A DNA stretch of 64,000 bases from Paraspadella gotoi (taxonomy: Eukaryota > Animalia > Chaetognatha), in the NCBI GenBank assembly GCA_051294375.1, contig CM119265.1:25156139-25220138 (forward strand), given 5' to 3'. Below are positions 1-14,337 of the stretch, one piece after another; position 1 is the stretch's first letter, and the number at the start of each line of letters is the position of its first letter. The position numbers were made by a program, and so were the translations under genes. The notes under the pieces were generated by a model. It did no database searches. It was not told the DNA's origin and saw nothing but the letters and a program-made list of their open reading frames with translations.

Positions 1-1239
1 GAAAACTTTCAATGGAGCAAAATGTTCTAAAATGGCGAGACGCGCTGGTAATTAATTTTTGAATATTTATTTATAGATAAGAAATGTCAAAATTCAGAGT
101 TGTCAAAGTAGTCTACACAAAGTATAATTTTTTTTCTCAATATTTTGATGATAAGTGAGTAAAAATTGAGAAAAACCTTAAAAAATCATTATCATCATCA
201 TTATCCGATTGTAATTACAGTTTTTGCTTAACTTTTTGTGCTCTATCAGTATCAATTAAAAAAACTTGAAATATAAAAAAAAATTGACAATATAATAATT
301 TTACTTATGGTTCGGAACATTTTTGCAAAAAAAAAAAAAAAAATTTAACAAAATAACTAATACCAATAATGGATTTGTCTCATGCTGTTCCCATTAAAAT
401 TTGAATTTGGTCGGCGACCTCGGCTTTCAGAAAACGTAATTAAAATTCTGCGTCTGCAGTCGACAGTGGATCTTGCAATATGTTATGGTTTTTATTTGTC
501 AGCAAGTTAACGTTTCAAAATATTACTAAGTACGCAAAGTAATTAGTTAATTAGTTAATTCACAAACGATAACGCTTCGGAAGCCTCAAAGACGAATTAC
601 ATTTCTATCGCAAAATCGAGGAAGTTTTAAAAGCGAAGNNNNNNNNNNNNNNNNNNNNNNNNNNNNNNNNNNNNNNNNNNNNNNNNNNNNNNNNNNNNNN
701 NNNNNNNNNNNNNNNNNNNNNNNNNNNNNNNNNNNNNNNNNNNNNNNNNNNNNNNNNNNNNNNNNNNNNNNNNNNNNNNNNNNNNNNNNNNNNNNNNNNN
801 NNNNNNNNNNNNNNNNNNNNNNNNNNNNNNNNNNNNNNNNNNNNNNNNNNNNNNNNNNNNNNNNNNNNNNNNNNNNNNNNNNNNNNNNNNNNNNNNNAAA
901 GAAAAAAGAAAAAGATGAAAAGGGAGATTCGAATTGAGATCAGAATAAAACCGTCGTTGAAAGGAGAAAAAGAAAAAGGAGGAAAGGGGAGAGNNNNNNN
1001 NNNACGGGTGAGGTTAATTTGGTGTCGATCGCTAAACGGAATCGTGACAGGGGGGCGGGAGTGATGCCGTCACAAATGTCTGCGGGTTATAATGTCAGGA
1101 GGTGAGGAGGTGAGGAGGNNNNNNNNNNNNNNNNNNNNNNNNNNNNNNNNNNNNNNNNNNNNNNNNNNNNNNNNNNNNNNNNNNNNNNNNNNNNNNNNNN
1201 NNNNNNNNNNNNNNNNNNNNNNNTGACGGCCGAGATGGT

Positions 1240-1480
1240 ATGACCGTCGACCGAGTTGGCATGCCAGTGGACCGAAATGGCATGCCAGTCGACCGAGTGG
1301 GCGTGCCAGTCGGCCAAAATGCTTGAGCGTCAACGATGATGGCTTGCTAGTCGACCGAGATTGTATGTCAGTCGACCGAAATGGCATGCCAGTCGACCGA
1401 AATGACTCGTCCATCATCAATGATGGCTTGCCAGTCGACCGAAAATACTCGTCCGTCAGTCAACCGAAATGGCATGCACC
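1240..1480 (+). repeat. 21-bp minisatellite GTCGACCGAAATGGCATGCCA (copies at ~2305-2585 and, inverted, ~18760-19010)
   Basis: Contiguous degenerate units with no unique spacers. Confidence 0.75.
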
Positions 1481-1731
1481 TCGAACTGGATCGGTCTCGA
1501 CCTCAATTCATGAACCTAACTCTTCGACTCTTCAAAATGAATATAACCGTTTCGATAATTCGGTCATTTTCTCGTTATAACCGTCGACGATAACCGTTCA
1601 CGCTGTCACCGTTCTCGCTATAAACGTTCTCGTTACAAGCGAGAGTTCTGTTATCGAAGAGGAAGAGAGAAGAATAGGAATGACAAAGATTTCGAGATTA
1701 AAGAGAATTTTAGAGGAAGAATAAAAAGAAT

Positions 1732-1768
<37 letters not shown>

Positions 1769-1894
1769 NNNNNNNNNNNNNNNNNNNNNNNNNNNNNNNN
1801 NNNNNNNNNNNNNNNNNNNNNNNNNNNNNNNNNNNNNNNNNNNNNNNNNNNNNNNNNNNNNNNNNNNNNNNNNNNNNNNNNNNNNNNNNNNNNN

Positions 1895-1928
<34 letters not shown>

Positions 1929-3023
1929 AAATATGGATTCTGTTGGAATTGTTGTGGATCTGAGGTTCTTACGATCGCTTTTATTGCGCGTTTCCGATCT
2001 GAATTTTTGTTGATCAAAATTTTCTTTCCAGGCCCCTTTTTATGGTGAAGGTCCCGATCGAATAATACACGTGAAACTACGTCCTATACCATTTATTCTA
2101 CAAATTATAAATGAATAATATTTTTGTTTAATTCGTGGTGTACTACATACTTTCATTAGACAAGAAATCAAGTTAGAAAGTATTTGCAAATTTTCTTTTA
2201 CATTTATTTTTTCCATAACGATCCTTTCATAGGGCCAATCTTTGTAATGGGGTGGGTCAGAAGTTTGATTTGGGAACCTTCCCATACTACACTACGAGTA
2301 TCACGACTCGAGTTGGCATGCCATTGGACCGAAATGGGCATGCCAGTCGACCGAGTCTGGGCGTGCGCAGGTCGGGGCCAAAATGCTTGAGCAGTTCCAC
2401 GATGATGGCAGTTGCTAGCTCGAACTCCCGAATTGTACATGATCAAGTCGAGCCGAAATGAGCACACAGTTCGACCGGAAATGACTCGTCATCGCTATCC
2501 AATGATGGCTTGCCAGAAGTCGAACCGAGATGCAAATGACAAGTCGTCCGTTACATGATGATCAACCAAGAAATGGCATGCACCTTCACTGGACTGGATC
2601 AGGTACTCCTCGGAGAAACCTCAATTCAGAACCTAACTCTTCGACTCTTCAAAACTGATATAACGGTTTCGATAATTCGTCATTTCCTCGTTATATACCG
2701 TCGACGATAAACCGTTCACGGCTGTCACCGCGTTCCGCTATAAACACCAACGTCTCAGTACAAGCGAGAGTTCCTGTTTATCAGAAGAAAGGGGAGAGAC
2801 GAGAATAGGAATAACAAAGATGTCGAGATAAAGAGAATCATATACAATTAGAAGGAAGAATACTAAAAAATTCTACACTCTCTCTCTCCTCTCTCTCTCT
2901 CTCTCTTCTCCGTCTCTCCATCTCGTCTCTCTGCATCTCTCTTCTCGTCTCTCTCATCTTCTCTCCATCGTCTCTCTCTTCCTTTTTCTGGCGCCAAACG
3001 CAGAGGAATGGGAAAATTTTCTC

Positions 3024-3057
<34 letters not shown>

Positions 3058-4293
3058 CGAGAGAGAGAGAGAGGAGAGAGAGAAGAGAAAGAGAGACGAA
3101 GAGAGAAGAGAGAGAACCAAAATATGGATTCTGTTGGACATTGTTGTGGATCTGAGGTTCTTACGATCGCTTTTTATTGCGCGTTTCCGATCTGAATTTT
3201 TTGTTGATACCCAAAATTTTTCTTTCCAGGCCTTTTTATGGTGAAGGTCCCGATCGAATAATACAACGTGAAACTACGTCCTATACACATTTATTCTACA
3301 AATTATAAATGAATAATATTTTTGTTTAATTCGTGGTGTAACTACATACTTTCATTAGACAAGAAATCAAGTTAGAAAGTATTTTGCAAATTTTTCTTTT
3401 ACATTTATTTTTTCCATAACGATCCTTTCATAGGGCCAATCTTTGTAATGGGGTTGGGTCAGAAGTTTGATTTGGGAACCTTCCCAAATGAAACTTCATA
3501 CATTTCTGAGAAAACTTTCAATGGAGCAAAATGTTCTAAAATGGCGAGACGCGCTGGTTAATTAAATTTTGAATATTTATTTATAGATAAGAATGTCAAA
3601 ATTCAAAGTTGTCAAAGTAGTGCTATCACAAAGTATAATTTTTTTTCTCAATATTTTTGATGATAAGTGAAGTAAAAATTGAAGAAAAACCTTAAAAAAT
3701 CATTATCATCATCATTATCCGATTGTAATTACAGTTTCTTGCTTAACTTTTTGTGCTCTTAATCAGTACAAAATAAAAAACTTGAAATATCAAAAAAAAA
3801 TTGACAATATAATAAATTTTACTTAGGTTCGAACATTTTGCAAAAAAAAAAAAAAAAAGAACTAAAAAACTTAAGCTAACCAAATTAATGGATTTGTCTC
3901 TGCTGTTCCCATATTAAAATTATGAATTTGGTCGGCGACCTCGGCTTTCAGAAAACGTAATTTAAATTCTGCGTCTGCAGTCGACAGTGGACCTTGCAAA
4001 TATGGTTCGGATGTTTTATTTGTCTGCAAGTTACAACGTTTCAAAATATTACTAAGTGTACGCAAAAAGTAATATAGTCTTAATTAGTTAATTCACAAAC
4101 GATTAACGCTTTCGGAAGCCTCAAAGAACGAATTACATTTTCTATCGCAAATCGAGGAAGTTTTTAAAAGCGAAGCGAGGGAATAAAGGGTGAGTTTCGC
4201 AAGGAAAGTCATTTTTAGTCGAAAGAGATAATTCGAAGGAAAGGAAATTAAAGAGGGGTACCGCAATTAAGGAAAAGGAGAGAAGAGAGAGAG

Positions 4294-4341
<48 letters not shown>

Positions 4342-7300
4342 AGAGAGAGAGAGAGAGAGAGAAAAGATTTAAAGAAGATACGAAAACCGTGAAAAAGGAA
4401 AAAAAAAAAGGAAGATAAAAAAGAAAAAGATGAAGAGACCACGAGATTCGAATTGAGATAGAATAAAAACCGTCGATTGAAAGGAAAAAAGAAAAGGAGA
4501 GGAAAGGGAGAAGAAAAGGAAAGAGGAAAGGGGNNNNNNNNNNNNNNNNNNNNNNNNNAAAGGGGAGAGAAAAGGAAAGAAGGAAAGGGAGGAAAGGGAG
4601 GAAAGGGAAGGGAAAAAAAAGAGGGAAAGAAAAAGGAGGAAAAGGGAGAGAAGGAAGGAGAGAAAAGGAAAGAAGGAAAGGGAGAGAAGGGAGGAGAGAA
4701 AAGGAAAGTGAGGAAAGGGAAGAAAGAAAAGGAGAGAAAGAAAAGGGAGGAAAGGGGAGAGAAGGGAGGAGAGAAAAGGAAAGAAGGAAAGGGAGGAAAG
4801 GGGAGAGAAAAGGAAAGAAGGAAAAGGGAGGAAAGAGAGGTGAAGAGAAAGACGAAGTGAAATAAAAGGAAGGAAGAAAAAAAAAGGTGAAAATAAAAAA
4901 AAAGAGGAAGGGCCGAAAAAGTTGAGGGAGAAAATAGCGAATCCGTTGAAAAGAAAAGTTTCGTAGAAGAAGGTGAGGAATATAGTTTTATGCCGGGACG
5001 GAATATTAATCACAAGAACAAAGAAATAAATAATTAAATAAAACAAAAGGAGACTAAGGTATATTTTTTTAGTTTTAGTTTTTTTTCGTTTGCTAATTTA
5101 AACAAAAATAAAAAACAAAACAAAAATAAGAAAACAAACAAAATACCCAAAAAAGCGGATACTTTAGGCTACAAAGAAAATGGGAGGGGCAGAGAAAATA
5201 GAGAAAGTTGGAAGAAAACAACCGACGTCGAAAGGTCGGGAGGAAACGAGGCGAAGGTCAAGGTAAGTTAGGAAAGGAGGGGAGGTAAGGTCGAGGAATA
5301 TCGGGGTCGAAGCGAAGGAATGGTATGGTTTAGGTCGAAGAAGAGAATCTGAGAAAAGTGAGAGTAGAGAGAGAGACGTAGTAGAGATGAGGAGTAGAAC
5401 GAGATGAGAGAGAGAGAGCAGAGAGAGAGGAGAGAGGAGGGGAAAAAGTGTGAATGAGGGAATTGAGGTGCATAAATCCCTGTTCATCAAGACCCTACGG
5501 TATTCTCCGGTATCAGAAAGAGAGAGAGAGAGACGAGAGAGAGGAGAGAGAGAAGAGAAGGAATGTTGAGGTGAAAATCGTCAATCGACCTAGGGCGTGA
5601 GAACAAATGAGCGCTCGACTCACGGTAACTCGGACGAAACGAGCAGGATAGAGAAAGATGAGAAAGCAGGCAAGAAGTGAGGCCAAGTGAGGTAGGCCAA
5701 GGGGGGTGAGGCCAGTTGAGGTTGAGGCCAAGGGTAGTGAGGCCAGTTGATGGTGAGGCTAAACGAAAACTAGGTCAGGTGAAGTGAGGCCAGGTGTGAA
5801 GTGAGTTCAGGAGCCAAGGAAAGTCTCCGTAAAGTGAGGCCAAATTAGCGCTTAGGTCCGGTGAGATGAGGCAAAGTGAGTTTAAGTCCTGTGTGAAGCG
5901 AAGTCGAAGCGAGTTTTTAACGACTTCGAAAGAAGGTAAGGATCCGTGAAACTCGTTGGGTGAGCCTCACATTTCAATAAGGTGGGTCGGCTCGGACTGG
6001 GAGGGGAGAGGGGAAAGGTAGGTCTTTAATGAGGTAATGGGCTTTAAAATCAGAGTAAAGTCAATGGAAAACCCGATGGGTCAAAAGTTTAAAAGGTAAG
6101 TTTAAAAAGGTATTTCTTTAAACTGAAAGGTTTAATGCAGAGCGAAGGTTTTCGAAGAAAAAAAAACCGCTGATAGTGGCCTGGCTAACTCCGTGAAGCT
6201 GAGCTTCCGTAAAAAAAAGGTAAGTAACTCCGGTTCCCCCGTCACAAACGTGAGGGAAACGAGGTTTTATGGAACAAGAGAAAAAAACTGAATTAATAGG
6301 AAAAAAAAGTCGGTTTTTATGGGCGATGAAGTGGAGAGTGAGGTAATGGTATGGAAGAGAGAGATGTAGAGAGAGAGTAGGGAAGAAGAGTAGAGGACCC
6401 GGAGAGACAGGAAGATGTAGAGAGACGGAAGAGTGTAGAGCGAGCCCAAGAACCGATAGGTATCGCTCGGTGGGAAGAATAATTAAACCTATTTTTTTTT
6501 TAAAAGAATAAAAGAAACGAAGTCGAACAGGATGTGTTCCACGCATCTCGAGCCTCGTCGCTATATCTCCTCCCAGTGCTCTCTTTCCTCTTTCCTCCTC
6601 CTTCCACTCCTCTTCCTCCTCCTCCTGTCTCGCTCTCACCACAATCTGGGTGTCTCCCTAGAATCTTATATCTGAAAAGGAATCTTCCTTGTCGACGGAA
6701 AACTCACTATTTTTTGATATCACCAGAAATAAAAAAGGTCTCTTTAATCATTTCACACTGTTCTCATTCTGTCTATCTGTCATATAAAACTGTGGGTAAA
6801 CAAGACCTGTTAGATTTGCCTTCGTGAGAGAGATTAAGTTCTATTTCATGTATCGTCATGCTACATGACGATCATGATGTCATGTTTCATGAACATTCCA
6901 TCGCGAGATCTTCTCGACATCTTGCCACTCCAAAAAACTAAGACATTGCAACTCGCGATTCGCATCTGCTCCTCGGTTTCCATTCTGATCAACGCGGCGC
7001 CAATCGACAAATCACGATCTGGCGAGTGATGCGGCGCCATCCTGTTGAATTTTCATCCTCCGGATGAAAATGTCGCCTGTTGGATTCGGTCAAGTCTTCG
7101 AACGAGGGGGAAACATCGGCGAGGCACTCTCACTTGATCTACAGCATGCTTCAAGGGTTGGCACCGGATATTAACGACAAGAAAAAAGATTCCATTCGTC
7201 GCGTCGTATGTTATCCGACACCGTCTCACTACGATCCTGAGGTGTATCGAACCCGGGAACCCCTGGTTGGTAAAGCAATTGTGGTAGCCGTGTAATAGAG

Positions 7301-8674
7301 CCATTTGACTGAAAATCAATTAAAGAAGTAAGTTTTTTATTAATAAAGTGAGAATGCAGATGCACATGCAATGCAATTGAGAGAGAAGCAAAAGAGCTTT
7401 ATAACGAAGTCTTCGACCATTGCAAGTGTTTTTCAAGTGATTCAAATTCCCTCCGATCGCCCTCGTCGGTGAGTCTTAATTAACACTGTGAATCGTCCTG
7501 TGAGTCTTGTGAGTCGGTAAAGCGCGATCGACGAAAGCAGAAGCTGAGAAAAAACAGCGCGTTGGCGGCAGACGTCCTAAGGCTCTTTTGCGAGAGAGGA
7601 CCGACGAACGACGACGACGACGACGACCAGCTGAGGATACGATGACGACGAAGACGACGATTGTGCGACACGACAAAAACGACGATTAGTGACGTCGATG
7701 TCTCTGACGATGTAATGTTTCTCAGTGTCGCAGGACATAAAAAGCAGTGGATCATTCTAAGAAATCCTTGCTCGGAGGAGAACCGGAGAGAATCTAATTA
7801 TTAAGTTTTGGGTGAAAACAACTTGATCTCCTTTTTTATTTATTAAGCGAAGCGAGAAAATCCAAATGGGCATACATCTGGCGAATCGGAAAGTTTAATA
7901 ATTTCGATTTTACGCCGGTTGAAAAAATGATTAATTTCTTATTCTCGTAAAACAATTAATTATTTTTAAATATTGAAACCGACGCGAAAAGAGATGAAAG
8001 GAGGAAAGAGAGACGAGAGAGAGAGAGGAAGAAGAGAGAGAGAGAGAGAGAAGAAAGAGAAGACGAAGAGAAGAGAGAGCGAGAGGAATTGACAGAGAGA
8101 AGAGTAAGTGTAAAGGAGCATGAAAAATTCTCCCAGTTTCTCATGATGGAATACTATCAAGAAGCTGAGGCAAGGCAGTCGCTGCTTCTTCTTCAAATGC
8201 GTTAATATCCNNNNNNNNNNNNNNNNNNNNNNNNNGAGAGAGAGTAGAGAGAGAGAGTAGAGAGAGAGAGACAGGAAGAGTAGAGAGAGAGAAGAGTGAG
8301 AGCGAGCCAAGAACCGATAGGTATTCGTGGAAAATAATTAAACTATTTTTTTTTTTTNNNNNNNNNNNNNNNNNNNNNNNNNTCACTCTCTCCTCTCATC
8401 CTTCTCTCTCACTCACCTCTCTCCTCATCTTCTCTATCCTGCTCTCTCTCTCCTCTCTCTCTCTCTCCTCCCATTTCATCATCATTTTCGGCGGTCGGAT
8501 TTCAATATTTTCAGAATAAATTAATTAAATTGAGTTTTCCGGATTAAAATTAATACATTATTCAACGTAGATCGAATTTAAGAAAAAACTTCCCGTCAGC
8601 CAGATTCTCAGCCATCTTGGATTTTCATCGCGTCGCTTTAAAAATGAAAGAAGGAGAGAATCAGGGTTTGTTTT

Positions 8675-11600
8675 TCAAAAACACATCATCCAAACCGGCG
8701 CATGCCAACACGCGCCAGGGACCATAAGAATTTAAATATAAAGCTTGATTCGATCCATCCATCCAGCGCCCGTTGTCATCCGACAACTCTGCGTCGTTCT
8801 CCACCGACGTCTCATCCTACAGGCGGCTCCGAGTACGGATTTCTTAGAAAGTGAGCCCACATGGCTTTTTATGTCCTGCCACACTGAGCAAAAAACATTA
8901 CAAAGTCGGTGCAGGAACAAGAGCTCTGACGAGGCGGGTCACTAATCGTCAAATAGTCGTTAATATGTGTCGGTAGTCCCACAGAGTATCGATCGAGGTC
9001 GCATTTCGGGGAGTGCTCTCGGCAGTATCATCAAGTAATAACCTAGCTATCCTCACGCAAAGATGAGAAATCGTCGTCGGAACGTCGTCGTCGAGTCTGT
9101 CGTACCGCTCCGAGTCGAAAAACACCCTCGCAAAGAGCCTGTGGTACACACCCGAAGTCTGCCGCCAACGCCCTGTTTTTCTCTCCTTCTCCTTTACCGG
9201 TAAGTCGCGCGTTCTAACCGAAATGCATCAGACTCACTAGGACGATTCACAGTTTAATCAGACTCACCGGACCGAGGCGATCGGAGGAGAGTGACTCAAA
9301 CTATAACTAACTTTGCATTTTCGAAGGACTTTCAACACATTATAAGACTATTGCACTTCAATCCTGTTCTCATTCGCATTGCATTTGCATTGTGCATTAT
9401 AACTGTTATTGAACATCAAAAACTTAACTTCTTTAGTTTGATTTCAGTCCCAAAATCGCGCTTAGACCGAGCGGCGTACACACTGCTTTGACCACCGGAG
9501 GGTGGCCCGGGTTTCGATCACCCGTCAGGTCGTAGTGAGAACGGGGTGTCCGTATATGAAATACGAATCGGACACGTGATGGTGCACTACGCCATCGCGG
9601 TGCACCCTTGAGCATAACGGCCCGGACTGCAGTCGAGGGATTCAGTGAGACTGCCTCGCCGAAATGTCCCTCCGGAGTTGGACACTGTCCGCCGGAGAGA
9701 AAAGGGAGCTGAAGGTCGGAAATCAAACAGGGGCGACAATAATAATATTTCAACGAATAGCGATCGGGCAAATGAAAATTAGCACAGATGGGCGCCGTCA
9801 AAGAAGAACCAAAAGTGCATCACGAGATCGCCGATTCGGATTGTTGCAGATGGCCGCCTGTGATCAGAATGGAAACCCGGAGGGCAGATCAGGACATCGA
9901 GCGAGTTGCAGATCTTTTGTTTTTGGAGCGAAGAATTTACGAGAGAAGAAGTTCGCGATGAAATGTCAACTGACATCATGACAGTGCAACTCACGGGTCA
10001 TGTAGCAGACGCGAATAGACATTGAAATGAACAGGAAAAACTTTAGATTTCTCGTAACCACACGAAGGCAATTACACGATGTCTTAAGCCACCGACTAGC
10101 CACATGTTTATAGTGACCAGATGACAGATGAGAGACAAAGTGACAGATTAAAGGAGGCCTTTTTATTTCTGGTATCAAAAAATAGTGAGTTTTCTTATTT
10201 TTATCCGTTCGACAACGTTGAGATTTCCTTTTGTCAGATTAGAATCAAGAGGAGACAACGCAGATTTGTGGTGAGAGCGAAACCAGGAGAGGAGGAAGGG
10301 AAGAAGGAAAGAGGAAAATGGAGGAAGAGACTGAGGAGGAGATCATACGCGGAACGAGGCTACGAGATGGTACGAGAACGACAGTCTGTTCTACCTGCTA
10401 GGGACAAACGACTTCCGTATTTTTTTTTATAACTTTTATCTGTCATATGGTATAGACACTGTTAATTTGCCGTCGTGGAGAGGGATTAAAGTTTTCCTGT
10501 CATTTCAATGTCATGATGTCATGTTGTAGTCGGGCATTGCCTAGGTTCACCTCGTCATGATGTCATGTTACATTCCATCGCGAGATCTTCTCAGTAAAGA
10601 CGAGGAGAGTAGATGAGAGGAGTTAGTTAGATCGGCTTGGGAGAGGAGACAGATAAGTAGCTTAGACGAGAGTGAGCGAGAAGTAAGTGAGATGCGATGC
10701 CAAGAACCGATAGGTTATTCGTGAAAATAATGTAAACTAATTTTTTTTTTTTAAAAGTTATAAAAAAAAATACGGAAGTCGTTTGTCCCTAGCAGGTAGA
10801 ACAGACTGTCGTTCTCGTACCATCTCGTAGCCTCGTTCCGCGTATGATCTCCTCCTCAGTCTCTTCCTCCATTTTCCTCTTTCCTTCTTCCCTTCCTCCT
10901 CTCCTGGTTTCGCTCTCACCACAAATCTGCGTTGTCTCCTCTTGATTCTAATCTGACAAAAGGAAATCTCAACGTTGTCGAACGGATAAAAATAAGAAAA
11001 CTCACTATTTTTTGATACCAGAAATAAAAAGGCCTCCTTTAATCTGTCACTTTGTCTCTCATCTGTCATCTGGTCACTATAAACATGTGGCTAGTCGGTG
11101 GCTTAAGACATCGTGTAATTGCCTTCGTGTGGTTACGAGAAATCTAAAGTTTTTCCTGTTCATTTCAATGTCTATTCGCGTCTGCTACATGACCCGTGAG
11201 TTGCACTGTCATGATGTCAGTTGACATTTCATCGCGAACTTCTTCTCTCGTAAATTCTTCGCTCCAAAAACAAAAGATCTGCAACTCGCTCGATGTCCTG
11301 ATCTGCCCTCCGGGTTTCCATTCTGATCACAGGCGGCCATCTGCAACAATCCGAATCGGCGATCTCGTGATGCACTTTTGGTTCTTCTTTGACGGCGCCC
11401 ATCTGTGCTAATTTTCATTTGCCCGATCGCTATTCGTTGAAATATTATTATTGTCGCCCCTGTTTGATTTCCGACCTTCAGCTCCCTTTTCTCTCCGGCG
11501 GACAGTGTCCAACTCCGGAGGGACATTTCGGCGAGGCAGTCTCACTGAATCCCTCGACTGCAGTCCGGGCCGTTATGCTCAAGGGTGCACCGCGATGGCG

Positions 11601-12515
11601 TAGTGCACCATCACGTGTCCGATTCGTATTTCATATACGGACACCCCGTTCTCACTACGACCTGACGGGTGATCGAAACCCGGGCCACCCTCCGGTGGTC
11701 AAAGCAGTGTGTACGCCGCTCGGTCTAAGCGCGATTTTGGGACTGAAATCAAACTAAAGAAGTTAAGTTTTTGATGTTCAATAACAGTTATAATGCACAA
11801 TGCAAATGCAATGCGAATGAGAACAGGATTGAAGTGCAATAGTCTTATAATGTGTTGAAAGTCCTTCGAAAATGCAAAGTTAGTTATAGTTTGAGTCACT
11901 CTCCTCCGATCGCCTCGGTCCGGTGAGTCTGATTAAACTGTGAATCGTCCTAGTGAGTCTGATGCATTTCGGTTAGAACGCGCGACTTACCGGTAAAGGA
12001 GAAGGAGAGAAAAACAGGGCGTTGGCGGCAGACTTCGGGTGTGTACCACAGGCTCTTTGCGAGGGTGTTTTTCGACTCGGAGCGGTACGACAGACTCGAC
12101 GACGACGTTCCGACGACGATTTCTCATCTTTGCGTGAGGATAGCTAGGTTATTACTTGATGATACTGCCGAGAGCACTCCCCGAAATGCGACCTCGATCG
12201 ATACTCTGTGGGACTACCGACACATATTAACGACTATTTGACGATTAGTGACCCGCCTCGTCAGAGCTCTTGTTCCTGCACCGACTTTGTAATGTTTTTT
12301 GCTCAGTGTGGCAGGACATAAAAAGCCATGTGGGCTCACTTTCTAAGAAATCCGTACTCGGAGCCGCCTGTAGGATGAGACGTCGGTGGAGAACGACGCA
12401 GAGTTGTCGGATGACAACGGGCGCTGGATGGATGGATCGAATCAAGCTTTATATTTAAATTCTTATGGTCCCTGGCGCGTGTTGGCATGCGCCGGTTTGG
12501 ATGATGTGTTTTTGA
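8675..12515. repeat. Apparently perfect inverted repeat, arms 8675-10438 and 10752-12515, 313-bp spacer
   Basis: Nine ORF-track pairs are identical on opposite strands, with coordinate sums of 21190. Ends at a 25-N gap. Confidence 0.95.
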
Positions 12516-13071
12516 NNNNNNNNNNNNNNNNNNNNNNNNNGTGAAAACAAACCTGATTCTCCTTTTTTATTTTAAAGCGAAGCGAGAAAATCCAAGATGG
12601 GAGAATCTGGCGACGGAAGTTTTATAATTCGATTACGTTGAAAATTGATTAATTTCTTAATCCGAAAATCAATTAATTAATTTATTGAAAATATTGAAAC
12701 GACGCGAAAATGAGATGAAGATCACTCTCTCCTCTCATCCTTCTCTCTCACTCACCTCTCTCCTCATCTTCTCTATCCTGCTCTCTCTCTCCTCTCTCTC
12801 TCTCTCCTCCCATTTCATCANNNNNNNNNNNNNNNNNNNNNNNNNCTCTACTCTCTCTCCTCTCTCTCTCACTCTCTCTTCTCATCTAATCTATCATCTA
12901 TCCCTCTCTACTTCTCTCTCTCTCTTAAAAATTGGTGTGAATATAAAACGCATTTGAAGAAGAAGCCAGCAGACTGCCTTAGGTCCTCGGCTTCTTATCA
13001 GTATTCCATCAAGAGAAACTGGAAATTTTTTCATGCTCCCTTTCACTTACTTCCCTACTCTCTCTCTTCTC

Positions 13072-13123
<52 letters not shown>

Positions 13124-13125
13124 CT

Positions 13126-13156
<31 letters not shown>

Positions 13157-13884
13157 CTCCCTCTTCATCTCATTTTCGCGTCGTTTCAATATTTTCAATA
13201 AATTAATTAATTGATTTTCGGATTAAGAAAATTAATCAATTTTCAACGTATCGATTTATAAAAACTTTCCGTCGCCAGATTCTCCCATCTTGGATTTTCT
13301 ACGCTTCGCTTTAAAAAATAAAAAAGAGAGAATCAGGTTTGTTTTCACACCAAAAAATTAATAATTGATTCTCTTCCGTTCCTCTCGAGCAAGGAATTTC
13401 TTAGAAATGATCCCCCACATGCCTTTTATCCTTTTCCATTGCCGACATAAGCCAAACAATGAAATCGTCAGAGACGATCGACGTCTCGACTATCGTTCGT
13501 CGTTTTGTCGTCGGTCGCCATTCGTACCGTCTTTCGTCGTTCAGTCGTAATCGCTCCCCGCAATCGTCGTCGTCACGTCGTCGTCCCGTCGTCGTCGTCC
13601 TACTCCTCGCAAAGAGCCTGGTACGAGTCTGCCGCCAACGCCTGTTTTTTCTTCTCCTTCTCTTTACGTCGTTCGCCGTTTACCGACTCACAGACTCACA
13701 GACGATTCACAGTTTAATAGACTCACCGACCGAGGGCGATCGGAGGGGAAGTGAAACTCACTAAAACACTTTGCAATTTTCGAAGACTTCATTATAAAAC
13801 TTTGCACCTTCTCCTCTCATTGCATTGCATTGCATTGCATTATACTTTATTAAAAAAAACTTAACTTCCTTTATTTGATTTCAG

Positions 13885-14337
13885 TCAAATCGCTTAGACG
13901 GCTACACACTGCTTTACCAATCCGCGGGGTCCCGGGTTCGATCACCTCAGGTCGTAGTGAGAACGGTGTCGGTATATAAATACGACACGGCCGGATGGGT
14001 CACTTCCGCGGTGCCAACCTTAGAGCATCTGCCAGGTCAGGATTGAGATGCCTCGCCGATGTTTCCCCTCGTTCCCAGAAAGACTGACCGCAATCACAGG
14101 CGACAATTTTTTCAACGGAGCGATCAAATTTCACAGATGGCGCCCCGCTCACTCGCCGATCGGATTGTCGATGGCGGCCTGGTGATCAGAATGGAAACCC
14201 GAGGAGCAGATGGAATCAGCGAGTTGCAAGTCTTTGTTTTTTGGATGGCGAAGATTTCGAGAAGAATTCTCGCGATGGAATGTCAACATGACATCATGAC
14301 GCATGTAGGTCATGTAGATGACGTCATAGACATGTGA
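13885..14337 (+). CDS. Probable coding exon of an unidentified gene, present in four error-rich copies (also ~6850-7310 -, ~9448-10000 +, ~11190-11742 -)
   Basis: tttgatttcag| acceptor. A by-eye consensus reads open: SNRLDGYTLLYQSGVPGSITSGRSENGVGYKYDTAGWVTSAVPTLEHLQVRIEMPRRCFP...QMAPRSLADRIVDGGLVIRMETRG. Confidence 0.4.

Noticed and set aside
1240-1480. 21-bp repeats with palindromic cores (GTCGAC, GGCATGCC) as a CRISPR array
   Set aside because: The units are contiguous and degenerate with no unique spacers, there are no cas genes, and the context is eukaryotic.
4369-5046. Long Phe/Leu/Ser or Lys/Glu/Arg ORFs (also 16169-16990, 33473-34270, 53331-53729, 57471-58085)
   Set aside because: These are largely translations of purine/pyrimidine-skewed low-complexity DNA that lacks stops. 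Only small true exons are embedded in some of them.
13890-13950. tRNA/SINE-like GCTTAGACGG...GGGTTCGATC
   Set aside because: There is no acceptor stem or cloverleaf, and it lies in an apparently open exon directly after a splice acceptor. A chance B-box match is more likely.
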